From Salpingoeca rosetta (taxonomy: Eukaryota; Protista; Choanoflagellata): a stretch of DNA of 64,000 nucleotides. The position numbers and the translations under genes were made by a program. The DNA lies in contig JAWQFM010000003.1 of assembly GCA_033442325.1 (NCBI GenBank), forward strand, positions 1,029,651 through 1,093,650, in the 5' to 3' direction. The notes below the pieces were generated by a model. It saw only the letters and a list, made by a program, of their open reading frames with translations. It had not been told where the DNA came from and did no database searches. The number at the start of each line of letters is the position of its first letter. The stretch's first letter is position 1. This document shows positions 34,169 through 50,030 of this stretch, piece after piece.

Positions 34169-35221
34169 GCACGCACACACACACTACCTGCTGCTGGCAT
34201 GTGTTCATGTCGTCCTCCTTGGCAATGGCATCATTGACAACGTGCTGGTGGTCCTGTTCCCATTCCTTCCTCGCCCGCATCTTCTGCTGCTGGCGCTGCG
34301 CAAACGTCAACCTATCAAGCCAATCACAAGTGTCAGACCAAAACCACAAGTACCACAGAATCAAGCAACATACACATACACGCACACAAACACGCACAAA
34401 TACACATACACGCACGCACGCACGCACCAGTCTTGGTTTTCAATGTCTTCTTCAATTTGTTTCCAGAGGTGTTCCTGCTTCAAAACTTCCTGCTCTGCAG
34501 CCTGGTACTGTTGCTGCCTCTGCCAGTGCCAAACCGCAGTCAGTGTATGAGGAAACATGAGTCAGCGCATGCGCGTGCAGCAACAATCACAAGGACAAAT
34601 GCACACACCCACACAAGCACACAGACACCCACAAAAAGCATACAACACGCACAAAAACCTTCAACACGCACACGCATATAATTGCCATTACCGTACTTGT
34701 TTGAGCTCAGCATCCTTGTGCAGGAGAAGCTGACGATACGCCTCAACCTCTGTTCTCGCCGTCGTCACCTCCTTCATGCCCATGAGCGTGACGTAGAACC
34801 GCTTGATGGCGTCCATCTTTGCCTGAAACGGCGACCTTTGCCCATCCACCGCAACACCGCCATCACCAGCACCCAGACCACCATCAACACTCAATGTAGT
34901 GCCATCACTGCTGTTGTGTCCGTGCCGAAGCGCGGCAATGAGCTGTGCACCTTCTTCCCTCAAGTCCTGAAACCATTTCTGGTAGAACGCCGACGTTGAC
35001 GCAGCAGCCGCAGTCCTCGCCGTCGTCGCTGTCGTCGCAGTCGTGGAAGTACTCTGAGCTCGCAACTGCAGTCGACACCCTCCCACCTCCTCGTTCAATG
35101 AAGGTAGCCACATCTTTCTCCGCTTTGGTCCAACGACACCACCACTGCCACCACCACCACCACCACCACCACCACTCTGCACGCCACTCCGCGCAAGAGC
35201 TCTCGCTGTCCTCCACAACAT
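33039..35221 (-). CDS. Mitochondrial inner-membrane coiled-coil protein, CCDC51 (MITOK)/She9-like paralogue B
   Basis: Presequence-like MLWRTARALARSG; FYVTLMGMKEVTTARTEVE (cf. CCDC51 YEEFVGLNEVREAQ); coiled coil; AEEQQFEADRNIRYYTFLLSLVAIIPILVFA (TM1); SIRETLSPF; C-terminal TM NAVITAAVVSSAAFLYALG. Confidence 0.7.
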
Positions 35222-35332
35222 CGCGGTTTGCTTCTTGTTGTTGCTGTGTGATGACTGTGCGCACTACTCTTTTTGCTGTTTGTAGCTGTTGACGGTTGCA
35301 CTTCTCTGTCGTCTCACACATCAACAACCACC

Positions 35333-36197
35333 ATGATGGGCTCGCATCCACACCCAGAGTATCATCAAGAGGAGGAGACGCTCGACACAGTGGCGCAGGG
35401 TGCTGCTCAGGGCGAGGAGACAAGAGACAACGATGATGGTGCTGGCGAGGAAGCTGTTGATGATGTAACCCATGAAGAAGATGACGAAGACGATGAAGAT
35501 AAGGATGACGAAGATGAGGACGTCGATGATGATGATGATGAGGATGATTATGATGAAGATGATGATGAAGATAACGATGATGCTGAAGATGATAAGGATG
35601 AGGACGATGACAGCAGCAGGTCTGGTGAGCATGCGTTTGCAGATGACAAGGAGCTGGACATCGACGCGCTGTTGGCAGAGCAGGACGAAGCAGACGCAGA
35701 ATGGGAGCAGTACCTGAGCTCCAGACAGCCAGCCAATGCCGGCACCATAACCTTCAAAATGATTGTGGACAGGAACCTGCCCAAGCAGACCGCAGCACAG
35801 CACCCAAGGCCGTTGGACGAGACGGCAGAGGAGCTGCTTGGTCTCACGCGCATTCGCCTTGACAACGAAGGCATCGCCAAGATTGACAACCTGGAATGCC
35901 TTGGCCCAAACGTCACCAGCCTGTATCTGCACAACAACCACATCACGCGTCTGGAGAACCTCGATTGCTTGCTCTCCCTCAAATCCCTGGTCGTTTCTCA
36001 CAACTCCATCGACACATGGACAGACATCAGGTGTCGTGATGGCTGACTTGTATGTGTGTGGATGTGTGTGTGTGCGTGTGTGTATATGTGTATGTGCGTG
36101 CTTGTTTTGTGTGCGTGTGTGTGTGAGTGTGTGAGTGCGCGCGTGTGTGTGCAAAGTTCTTGTGTTTGCATGCCTCAACCCATGATCCACACCAGTG

Positions 36198-36235
<38 letters not shown>

Positions 36236-36504
36236 TGCATGCGGGCTTACGAACGATCTTGTAACTCCAATTGCCTGCTTTTGCTCATTGCCAGCCACTT
36301 GCGCAACTTGAAACTGCTGGACCTGCGGTTCAACGACCTGCGCACGCTTCCGCCTCAGCCTGACTTGCTGCCCTCAAGCCTTTCCATCCTCCAACTTGAA
36401 GGCAACCCATGCTCCCTCAATCCACAGTATAGGTCAGCTTCATGCACCTCTGTGTGACTCCGTGTGTGTGTGTGTGTGTGTGACTGTGTGTGTGTGTGTG
36501 TGAC

Positions 36505-36546
<42 letters not shown>

Positions 36547-38454
36547 ATTGTGTGTATGTGTGTGTATGTGTGTGCATTCACTCGTACGATGCGTGCACGT
36601 GCAGGTGCACGTGCACTTCTTGTGCGGTTGTCTAGGCTTCAGTGTGCGTGATTATGGTGAAGGCGAGCTGCTACCACCAGTGCCACTCCTTGCCGACTCA
36701 CCCACCAACCGCACCCGTGCGCAACAGGGCGAGCGTGGCGCGCATGTATCCGCACTTGAAGCTCCTGGACGAGGAGCCCTTGGCAACCGCACCATCCTCC
36801 TCCTCAACAACAACGGCACCAGTGACACCGTCTGCGTCGTCACCATCTGATGAGACAGCACAGGCGGCAGAAGACACCATGACCCCTGGTGATGCTACTC
36901 ATGTAACTGCCACCGATACAACAACCTCAGCACCAGCACCAGCACCAGCACCAGCGCCTGCTGTGTCATCATCGTCGCCCTCGTCGTCCTCATCAACAGC
37001 AGCGGGAAAGGTGCCGACCAAGCCATCCCTGCCAAAGCAGGGCTCGCACGCATACGCACAGCGCCGCTTGAAGCGGCTAGCGTCGCTTGTTGAGGAGAAG
37101 AAGAAAGATCTCACAAAGACGACAGCCACGGCGCGGAACCAGGCTAGGCGTGCACGCAAGCCGAGCGGAAACAGCGCACACGGCGACAATGCAAGACAAG
37201 CATCAGCTGGCCGCGCCCGTGCTGGTGGTCGTGGTGGTTCTGCCAACAATGATGATGACGATGATGATGATGATGATGATGACATTGATGTTGACGGTGT
37301 GACGCTCGACTCCGTTGTGCGTGCTGCTCTTGATTCTACGGCGACAGCAACGCAGCAAATCTGTACGTCAACGCACTTTTTCTGTATGCAAGCAACCATG
37401 CAACCGTGCATGTAAAGTTGTCAATGCTTGCCCCTTCAAAGTGTTTGCGTGTGCGTGCGTGTGTTCATGTGCTCACATGTACTTGCGTGTGTGTGCCTGG
37501 GGCGCTCATGTGTGCGTGCGTGTGTTCATGTGCTCACATGTACTTGCGTGTGTGTGTCTGGGGCGCTCACGTGTGGCAGACGACGCGGCGCTGAAACCGC
37601 TGCACGAAATGCGACAAGAGATTGCGTCGCGCTCGCGTGCACGACAGCAGCAGGTGAGCATGGTGGCTGATGGCCATCTGTCCTGGTTGTCCAAGCGTGC
37701 GGGGGGGGGGGGGGGTTGTGGATAATTTGAACTCGTTCGCAACAAGTGTTGTCAGAAACTCACACGCACACGTATGCGCATATGTGCACGCGCTCGCGTT
37801 GATATCCACGCACGTGCATCCACTCACTCGTTCACACACAAACACACATCACCTGTGTGAGTGCAGCTGTGGCAAGACTTTGAGGAGCGAGTTGGGGAGA
37901 TTGAAGGGCTGCGGCAGGAACAGGTGGCGCTGACGAAGGCCGTCTCGTCCGACACAACCCGCCCGGCAACCGCTGGTGGCGACTTGAACCCATCGCAGAC
38001 ACACGCGTTTCTGCAGCAGGGCACAGCCGCACGCAATGCACTCGCTGCGCGCGCACACGCGGCTGAAGGCGGACACAGCCCATCAACCCCAACAAACACT
38101 GGTGATGGTGATGGTGGCGATGGTGGCGATGGTGGTGATGGTGATGCGGCGGCTGCCATTCGTGGGATTGTGGCGACGACGACGCAACAGGCGCGGGCGC
38201 GGGTGGCGAAGGAGGGCGGTGGCGGTGGCGGTGGGAAGAACAAGTACGCGCTCGGTGCACGCAGACGTCGGGGAAATGACGATGGCGGTGGTGCTGGCAG
38301 TGGTGGGAAGGAACAGGTGGCGGTGGGGCACGGAGAGGAAGCAGCCGGTGCTGTTGGCGACAGCGTGTTGGAAGACACGCAAGCAGGCGCAACCACACAC
38401 AAGGAACGTGAGAGCACGAAGATGGAACCACACCAGCCACCGCACCAACAACAA

Positions 38455-38518
<64 letters not shown>

Positions 38519-38940
38519 CTGGGGACGGTGCCGTTGCGATGCGTGCGTCCCATGCACGTGTGCAACTCACGAAGAAGCCCGTGCTACCGGACATTCCGTC
38601 CTCCGCGCCATCCTCAGACCAAACGCAGCAGCAGCAGCAGCAGCAGCAGGAAGGAGGACAGCACACGCGTGCACAGTCATCGGCGATTGGCGACCGCGCA
38701 CGTGCGTCCAGCGCAACTCTCTCGCGGCCCACAACATCCTCCTCAATCGCATCATCAGCAGCGTCATCATCGGCAGCGTCGACGACGGTGCGTGTGCGGA
38801 GTGCGGGATCCGCTGGTGCTGGTGGCGGAGGAAAGCGGCGACCACGGCGAATGGGGACGGGGCCGCGCAAGGTGACGTCGATTCGCCTCCAGCCGCTCAG
38901 CAAGGACCAGCACAACGGTGCACCCGATGCAGCGCAGTAG
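35333..38940 (+). CDS. LRRC46: Leucine-rich repeat protein, LRRC46-like, with acidic N-terminus and long low-complexity C-terminus
   Basis: ITFKMIVDRNL...IRLDNEGIAKIDNLECL..VTSLYLHNNHITRLENL, LLPSSLSILQLEGNPC...YR...PHLKLLDEEPL (SDS22-type LRRs plus LRR cap). Confidence 0.7.
37450..37569. repeat. ~60-bp tandem duplication in an LRRC46 intron
   Basis: Two copies of gcgtgtgttcatgtgctcacatgtacttgcgtgtgtgtg.ctggggcgctca. Confidence 0.85.
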
Positions 38941-38954
38941 TCGCCGCATGGCTG

Positions 38955-38993
<39 letters not shown>

Positions 38994-39422
38994 GTTGTTG
39001 TTGTTGTTGTTGTGTTTGAATTGTGTGTTTGTGCTTGCGTGATGTTGTGTGTGCGTGTGTTGTTTTGTGTACCTGTGTGTGGGATGAATGATCTATGGTT
39101 TAAAGTAACCTTCTGCTCGCTTGCTTTCTTTGTTTTGTGTTTCATCCCATGCATGTACGAATGCCCGAACCACCAGCCACTGCTGCTGTTGGTTTGTTTA
39201 AAAATTTCGCCGAAACCTCAATCTCAACCGTCGCAATCATGCATCCCCAAGTGCCCCTGTGTGTTACAAACAGTGTGTGAGAGAGGAGGGTGCCAACAGG
39301 GAGCGGTGCAATGAAGGGAATGTCTTCCATGTATGCGTCGGCCGTCACACCATCACCACCGCAGCCACAGCCGACCTGTTCTAACCACCTCCTACAAACA
39401 TGGCATGTCAGGTGTCAGCGCG

Positions 39423-43069
<3,647 letters not shown>

Positions 43070-43089
43070 CCCAACGCGAGTTGTGACGA

Positions 43090-43115
43090 TTGTTTATGAT
43101 CTTTATGAATTTTCC
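43090..43115 (+). promoter_or_regulatory. Candidate promoter motif copy 3 (GLYCTK/PTB-CAP-Gly divergent region)
   Basis: TTGTTTATGATCTTTATGAATTTTCC; 21/26 identical to copy 2. Confidence 0.55.
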
Positions 43116-43139
43116 AACTGGTCGAGGGAGGACGAAACG

Positions 43140-44537
43140 ATGGATGCGCAAGGTGTGGATGTGGGTGCACACCCACACCCACCACGACAACAACAAGAAG
43201 CAGCGCCACAGGCTGCGCAAGCACAGGATGAGCAGCGCGTGGCACGTGGCGCAGCCGGGCAACAATCCCCTGCCATCTCACCGGCACAACAACAACAACA
43301 GCAGCAGCAACAACAACAGGAAGAAGAAGAACAACAACAACAACAAGAGCAACAACAACAAGAGCAACAAGGACAACAACAGCGTGAGCAGGGGGCAAGG
43401 GGTGTGAGGGAGATTGTGTTGTCGCCAGAGGAGCTGATTCCAGATTCGGAGCTGCACACTGTCAAGTACCACGGTCGCTTGCCGCTGCCAAACCTGAGCG
43501 TATCCAACCCGCCAACCAGCGCCACATGCGTGTCATCGATTCGCAACATTTTGGCGTATCGCAGCAAGGAAAAGTTCAGGCACGGCTGTGCGAAATGGCT
43601 GCTGTTCCAGGTGTCATGTCGTCGTGGTCGCGCATTTGCATGGCCCGTGCGCGATGAAGGGAGACAGGGGCTCACACACCAACTGGCGCAAATTGCAGCC
43701 GTGGCAGACTATGGACCCATGGTGTGCTACATTGTCGCCTCTCTCGATGCCGACAACATCACCTGCACCGCCCACATCTTCGAGGTATTGTGCATGTGTG
43801 TGTATATATGTGTGTCTTTGCGTGTGTCCATGCTGGTGAGTCTATGTGGCCGTGTCCGTGGCTGTGGCTGTGGCCGTGGCTGTTTGGGCACGCGTGTTGT
43901 GACAAGAAGTCCTCGCCTCGCTGTCTCGCCACACATGCAAACGCAAGCACAAACACATATTCACACACACACGTGCACATACACATACACACATTGATGT
44001 AACTGCCGTCTGCATCGCGCTTTGCTCTTTTTTGTTGTTTGTGCCAGTGCGAGAGCTTCTATGCGTCAAGCTACCTGTCCAACGAGCTGGTCAAGGCGTG
44101 CCGGGTCATCTTGGATGCGCTGCGAAGCAAAGGATACCTGCGCGACCAGCGGTCCCCCAACGGCGAGCAAGCAGACGGCGGCGACGACAACAACGAAGTT
44201 GCCGAGGAGCGGAAGCGCGTGGCAGCGCAGCTGTTGACGCGGGACGTGGATGTGCTGGCAACTGCGGTGCAGCGTGGAATGACGCCGTCGCAGCCGCTGC
44301 CACGCCGAAGACGCAAGGGAATGACGCCGTCGCAGCCGCTGCCACGCCGAAGACGCAAGGCAAAACAGACAGCCGGCATGTACTTTGTCTGCTGCGGGCA
44401 GGGCGGCGATGGAGTCTCACGTGCGCGAGACAGCGACAGGCCACCGCCGTCGACCGCCAGCAGTGTGCGCGAGACAGCGACAGGCCACCGCCGTCGACCG
44501 CCAGCAGTGCTATCAAGAAGGGCGAGGTGAGATTTGG

Positions 44538-44632
<95 letters not shown>

Positions 44633-45701
44633 CCACAACATGAGGAGAGGAAAACGGCACGCGAAATCATCTTTGTGTCGCCGAAGCGAACCACCAATAC
44701 ACACAGCGCGACAGCGGCCACAGCAGCGGCTGCACGCGCCACACCTCGCGGAAACCCCAACGACCAAGACAGCAACATCATCGGGAGTGGTGGTGGTGGT
44801 GACCACACGTGCGGTGGCGCCAGTGCACGTGGTGTTGGCGAAAGCGGGGACCGCCCACGCAGCAGTGATGGTGTGTACAGGGATGGTCGTGCACGCGGGC
44901 GCGCGCGTGTGGACGCGAGCAGTGCGTTTGAAAGTGGCAACAGTGGCCGGACGGCGTCTGTGAAGATGAGCGCGCTGCAGCCGGGACACACCGTCTTTGT
45001 CGCGGGCCACGGCCTCGGCACCCTCAGGTCGGCACGTGGTGTATTGTTTGGCTGCTTGGTTGCTTGGTCTGGCTTGGTTGGTGTTGGTTGCTTCATGCTT
45101 CGATTTGCTTTGACTTGTAACCGGCCTTTTTCGTGTTTGTTGTTGCTCTGCTGCGTTTGTTGTTGCTGTGTTTGTCGTTGCTGTTGCTGCTGCTGTGTTT
45201 GTTGTTGTTGCTGCTGCTGCTGTTGCTGCTGCTGTGTTTGTTGTTGTTGTTGTTGTTGTTGTTGCTGCTGCTGCTGCTGCTGTTGCGCCGATGATGACCA
45301 TCATCGCGCCACGTCTCATATCGCTGCTTCCTCGTCTCCGCTGTTGTGCGTGTGTGGCGCCAGATTTTACGGGCGGAGTCGCGTTGATGGCGGTGTGAAG
45401 CTCATCGGCGTTGAGCTCAACGAGGTATTGCCGACAGAGAGGCAGAGGGAGAGGGAGAGGGAGAGGGAGAGGGAGAGTGCACACGTACACACGTACACAC
45501 ACACACATACACACACACACACACACACGAACACACACACGAGCACTCACGAGCACTCACACACGTCACCGCTGCTGCTGCTGCTGCTGCCTACACTGGG
45601 TGCAGGCGACGGGCGACTGCGACGGCGCGCACCCAACACACGGCCGATACTTCACCTGTGCACACAACCGCGGCCTCCTGGTGAGGCATTATGTGTGTTA
45701 A
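43140..45701 (+). CDS. PTB/PID-like domain + C-terminal CAP-Gly domain protein (3' end uncertain; could extend to 45949)
   Basis: HTVKYHG...TCTAHIFE/CESFYASSYLSNELVKAC (PTB pattern); GHTVFVAGHGLGTLR/FYG...LIGVELNE/ATGDCDG...GRYFTCAHNRGLLV (CAP-Gly). Confidence 0.72.
44277..44508 (+). repeat. Two adjacent tandem duplications (42 bp x2 and 44 bp x2) in coding sequence
   Basis: GMTPSQPLPRRRRK x2; gtgcgcgagacagcgacaggccaccgccgtcgaccgccagcagt at 44421 and 44465. Confidence 0.9.
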
Positions 45702-45799
45702 TGGCTCTGTGTGTGCGTGTGTGTGTGTGCGTGTTTGCCTTGCCTTGTCTTTCCCGTGTGGAAGCATCCGGTCACTGTGTGTGTTGTTCAACACACGAA

Positions 45800-45887
<88 letters not shown>

Positions 45888-46060
45888 GAGACGCAGACAC
45901 ATGCACACAAACACCACAGAATGCATTCTGTGAAGGAGCTGCTGTCTAAACACGCAAGTGCGGGCACACCATCATATGTACAAAGGATGGTGTGTCCACA
46001 CGCAACAAAGCCATGGCTACAGGATCCTGATAGAAGCGCTGTGTGTTTTTGAGGGCCAGC

Positions 46061-46591
46061 TTACTTGTCGTCCATGTCCTCGGGGATGTCGTAGTCGATC
46101 ATGGCGGTTTCGAGCCAGAGCCATCTGTGGTTGAAACCAACATCGAGTACTCTGCTGGGCAAGGAGGCAATGAACTGCACCCAGGGTGTGCTGGTCGCTT
46201 TGAAGAGTTTCAGGTGTTTCTCGTGGTCGCGCTCAAGGATCAGGGAGACTGGGCCGGCCCAGACGTAGTCGAGGCGCTCGGTTGCGATCAGATCCATGCG
46301 CTTGGCAACATGCTCGAAGGAGGCCTTTCTTCTGATGAAGTCGGACACTTCCCCGAGGTCATTGCTTGCCTCTGCCAGTTGTTGCCTGTACTCGAGCATA
46401 TCTGGCGCAACGTTGCTGGCCCAGACGACTGCCCCTGCCGCATATGCCTTGATTGCCGCCGACATGGGCCGCTCACCAACATCCTTCCACATGTCCACCA
46501 GCACGTCCTTGTAATCGCGTGCAATCGCCGTCACCTCCCGTCGCAGCGGCTGCCACATGCGCCGGCTCACAAATGACCCTATCCTCTGCAT
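46061..46591 (-). CDS. TIMM29: Mitochondrial import inner membrane translocase subunit Tim29 (single coding exon)
   Basis: RDY......ERP..A, LAEASNDL, RLDYV..G..SL, RVLDVGFNHRWLWLE..M.DYDI match the remembered Tim29 motifs RDY, RVLDVGF.GRWW.L...M.D.DI. Confidence 0.85.
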   Translation of the reverse strand: MQRIGSFVSRRMWQPLRREVTAIARDYKDVLVDMWKDVGERPMSAAIKAYAAGAVVWASNVAPDMLEYRQQLAEASNDLGEVSDFIRRKASFEHVAKRMDLIATERLDYVWAGPVSLILERDHEKHLKLFKATSTPWVQFIASLPSRVLDVGFNHRWLWLETAMIDYDIPEDMDDK

Positions 46592-47121
46592 CGCTGTGGA
46601 TCACACACGTATGCTGTGTTGTAGTCGTTATCGTCACTGGTGATGTTGGGGCTGTTTGCGGTGGCTGTGCTTGTCTGATGCTCCTCTTGCTGTGATGATG
46701 TGCTGCTGGTGCTGGTGCTCGGGTGAGGCTGCTGCTGCTGTTGTGCTTACTGGCTGTGCTTGCTGCTTCCACGTGAATGGAAGGCAAGTTTGCCTTGCAG
46801 CAAAGTCAAAATTGCCCAAAGGACAACAGGAAGGAGCGATCAGCAACTTGTGCGCTTTCTGCTGTCTGTTGTCATCATTTCATTCATTCGTTGCTTGTGT
46901 TGTTGTTGATTGTTGATTGGTGTGTATGGATTGATTGGAGGTCGCTGCCTTCCTCGCCCGCTTAAAGGCTTGCTCGCTTGCTTCGCTCCTCGTGGTGGTG
47001 ACACGGACGTCTCGTAGTTTGTGGCCCTGCGAGTGAATGAAGCCAGGAGGCGAGGCAGAAGAGTGTGCCCGCGTGTTGATGGCAGTCCTGACAGCACAAG
47101 CCAGCGTCATCGCACATCATC

Positions 47122-48087
47122 ATGAAAGGCGGCGGCGGGCGTCGATGTCGGCACGGGTGTCTCAGTGGTGGCAGCTGCGCCAGCACCAGCACCAGCAAAG
47201 CATGCAAGCATGGCGATGCGGATGATGAGACGACGCCGCTTCTCCCTTATGGCCAGCATCAACAGCACAATACAGTCGAGGTGCGCCAGCGTGGCGTGCC
47301 CAGTGTCGAAGATGATGACGATGGCGATGATGCTGGTCGTGATGATGGTGATGGCCTCACCAGCGTGTTCCCATCGGAGGGCCTGGACATCAATCAGACT
47401 GATGAGGACCAATGGCTTGTTGAAGGACAAACACAAGCGCAACGGCAACGTCGTCGTCCACGCGCCTCTGTGGCATCCATTGAGGCAGCCGCCACGGCCG
47501 GCGCCGCCGCCAAATGGCCCTTGGCGGCCTTCTTCAGTTTAGGATCCGCATCCGACATCAGGTGGGTGTGACTGTGTCTGACTGTGCACATGACTGTGTA
47601 CGTGACTCTGTGTGTGTGTGTGTGTGTGTACATGAGTATGACTGTGTTTGTGTGTGACTTGTGTACGTGACTCTGTGTGTACATGAGTATAAGTGTCCGT
47701 CTGTGTGCATGTGCTCGCGTGTGAGCAGACACATTTGTGCGGACTTGCGCTTGTGCCTGTACTTGCACAAGACCTTGCTCCTGTGGAAGGTTGCTTTCTG
47801 TCAGCTCACACGACGATTGCTCGTCGACCACGCACGATAAACGCGTCATGTGGTGATGACCAGCTGGAACGCAATATACATGTCTGTGGCATACTTTGAG
47901 ACAATTGAAGGTGAGTGCACCAAACTCTACAGTCGCACTTCCCGGCGTGGTTGCTGTGAGCCCTGACTGCACGCCCAGTGCTCACTTTTTTTCTCAATTG
48001 GGCTGTCCATAACCAGGCAAAGCCGTGATCTCCCGTCTCGGATTGGCCCAAAACATCCCCTGGCTACTCACCATGATCGTCATGTGC

Positions 48088-48119
<32 letters not shown>

Positions 48120-48782
48120 GCATGTGTGTACGTGCACGTCTGTCTCTTTGTATCCGTGTGTACGTGCACGTCTCTGTGTGCGTGTGTCTGTCTGCTTGTC
48201 CATGTGGGTCGGGCGTGAGTTCTTGCGTGCGTCCATGGACGCGATTTTGCGTTTCTCTGAACGACCGACTGCATCATCTTCAATTCACGTCCGCTGTGCT
48301 CTGCTCTCTCACAATGGCACCTGTAATCACATGTGCAGGGTGTGCTGGCCGCAGGCAACGGACAGTGCGCGCGGTGCGCTGTACACCATCTTTGTGACGC
48401 ACGTGTACATGCTCGCCCTCTGCATCCTCTTCCCCGTTCTCGTCTTCAAGGGCGTGCAGGTTCGCGTGCTGGCTTTCTTGTTTCACCATGTGCCTGCGTC
48501 TGTCGGCTGCATCTGTGAACAAGTGGATGCACAAGATGCGATTGTGCTCGCGGTGTACATGTGTACATCACCATCCGCCACCTTTTTTTTCCTTGTTCTC
48601 AGTCAAACATGGTGCGTTCACCAGTTGCTGCACACTCACACTCCCCAACATCGCTGTCGTGGCTAGGTGTCGTCTGTTGTCCTGTATGTGCTGGTGGCGG
48701 TCAACGGTGTCACCACGGGCCTCTCCCAGAGCTTTGTCGCTGCGTGCTCAGCCCTCTTCTCCCGATACCCGTCCTGCCGAGG

Positions 48783-48849
<67 letters not shown>

Positions 48850-48927
48850 GGAGGCGCCATGCTGCTGCACGTGCACGCTCCTTGATACTTGCACTCTGTT
48901 TTGTGATGCTCCAGCCATTCATGCTGA

Positions 48928-48989
<62 letters not shown>

Positions 48990-49960
48990 GACGACGTCGT
49001 ACCAGCTGATGGGGGCGGCGTTTGGGATTAGCACGCCGACAATGATCCAGCTGTTCCTCATCCCGCGCATGCTCAAGGCCAAGTCGAGCACACAGTCCTA
49101 CAACATCACCCTCTTCTCCATCGAGGTGACCAGGACTGAATATGGGAAGGAAGAGGTGGTGGGCGAGACAAAGAACCAGACACACTCTCTCTCACTCACA
49201 CATGCTCTCTCACTCTCTCTCACACACACACACACGCACACTCACACTCACTCACACTCACACACACACGCACACTCACACTCACTCATACTTTGTTCTC
49301 GTTGTCTCTTTACCTCACATCTACACCTCCCCCCCCCCCAATGGTCATCTGTTGCACGTGTGCAGGTTGTGTTCCCGTGTGCTGCGGCAATGCTTGTGCT
49401 GAGCCTGGCAGCTCTGCTGTATGTTGTCCGCCACGCCATTTTCCGCGCTGCTGAGGAGGAAGGCATTACCAACTGCTGCGCCACGTGTGAGACGGCCGCC
49501 CAGCGCGCTGTGCAGCAGCAGCCGCCGCCGCGCCTTACTGCGCGCCGCCTCTGGCCCGTCATTGTCACGGTTGGCGCAGAGGTGATCATATCTGCCGTGA
49601 TGTCGTTTGCCTGCGCCACAAGCCCGCACCTCACGCCCATTGACGACACGGCGTTTTGGTCGCGCAACCTGGACACTGTCGCCCTCATCTCATTCTCCAT
49701 CTCAAGCTTCATCGGCAGGTGCGCGGTGCCGAACAGGGGAAGGTGGAGATGGGTGCATATATGTGTGTGTGTCTGTGTCGTGGCTGTGCGTGTGTGTGGC
49801 ATTGCGTTGGAGTTGTGGCTGTGTGTGTGTGTGCGCGCGTGCGTGTTGCTGCGACGCTGTGTGAGGCGTGGAGTATTTGCTGAGCATAGAGGCAGCTGTC
49901 TTGAGTGCCAGCAGAGACAATATCTTTCACGCACACATCTCAATTCACTCACCACACACC

Positions 49961-50030
<70 letters not shown>

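Noticed and set aside
39184-39209. AAAATTTCG half-site resembling the promoter motif
   Set aside because: The 5' half does not match and it lies between convergent 3' ends.
44528-44530. In-frame TGA between two long ORFs (possible readthrough or selenocysteine)
   Set aside because: It lies within a consensus donor site (AG|GTGAGA) followed by a (CAA)n tract and a phase-compatible acceptor, so it is explained by an intron.
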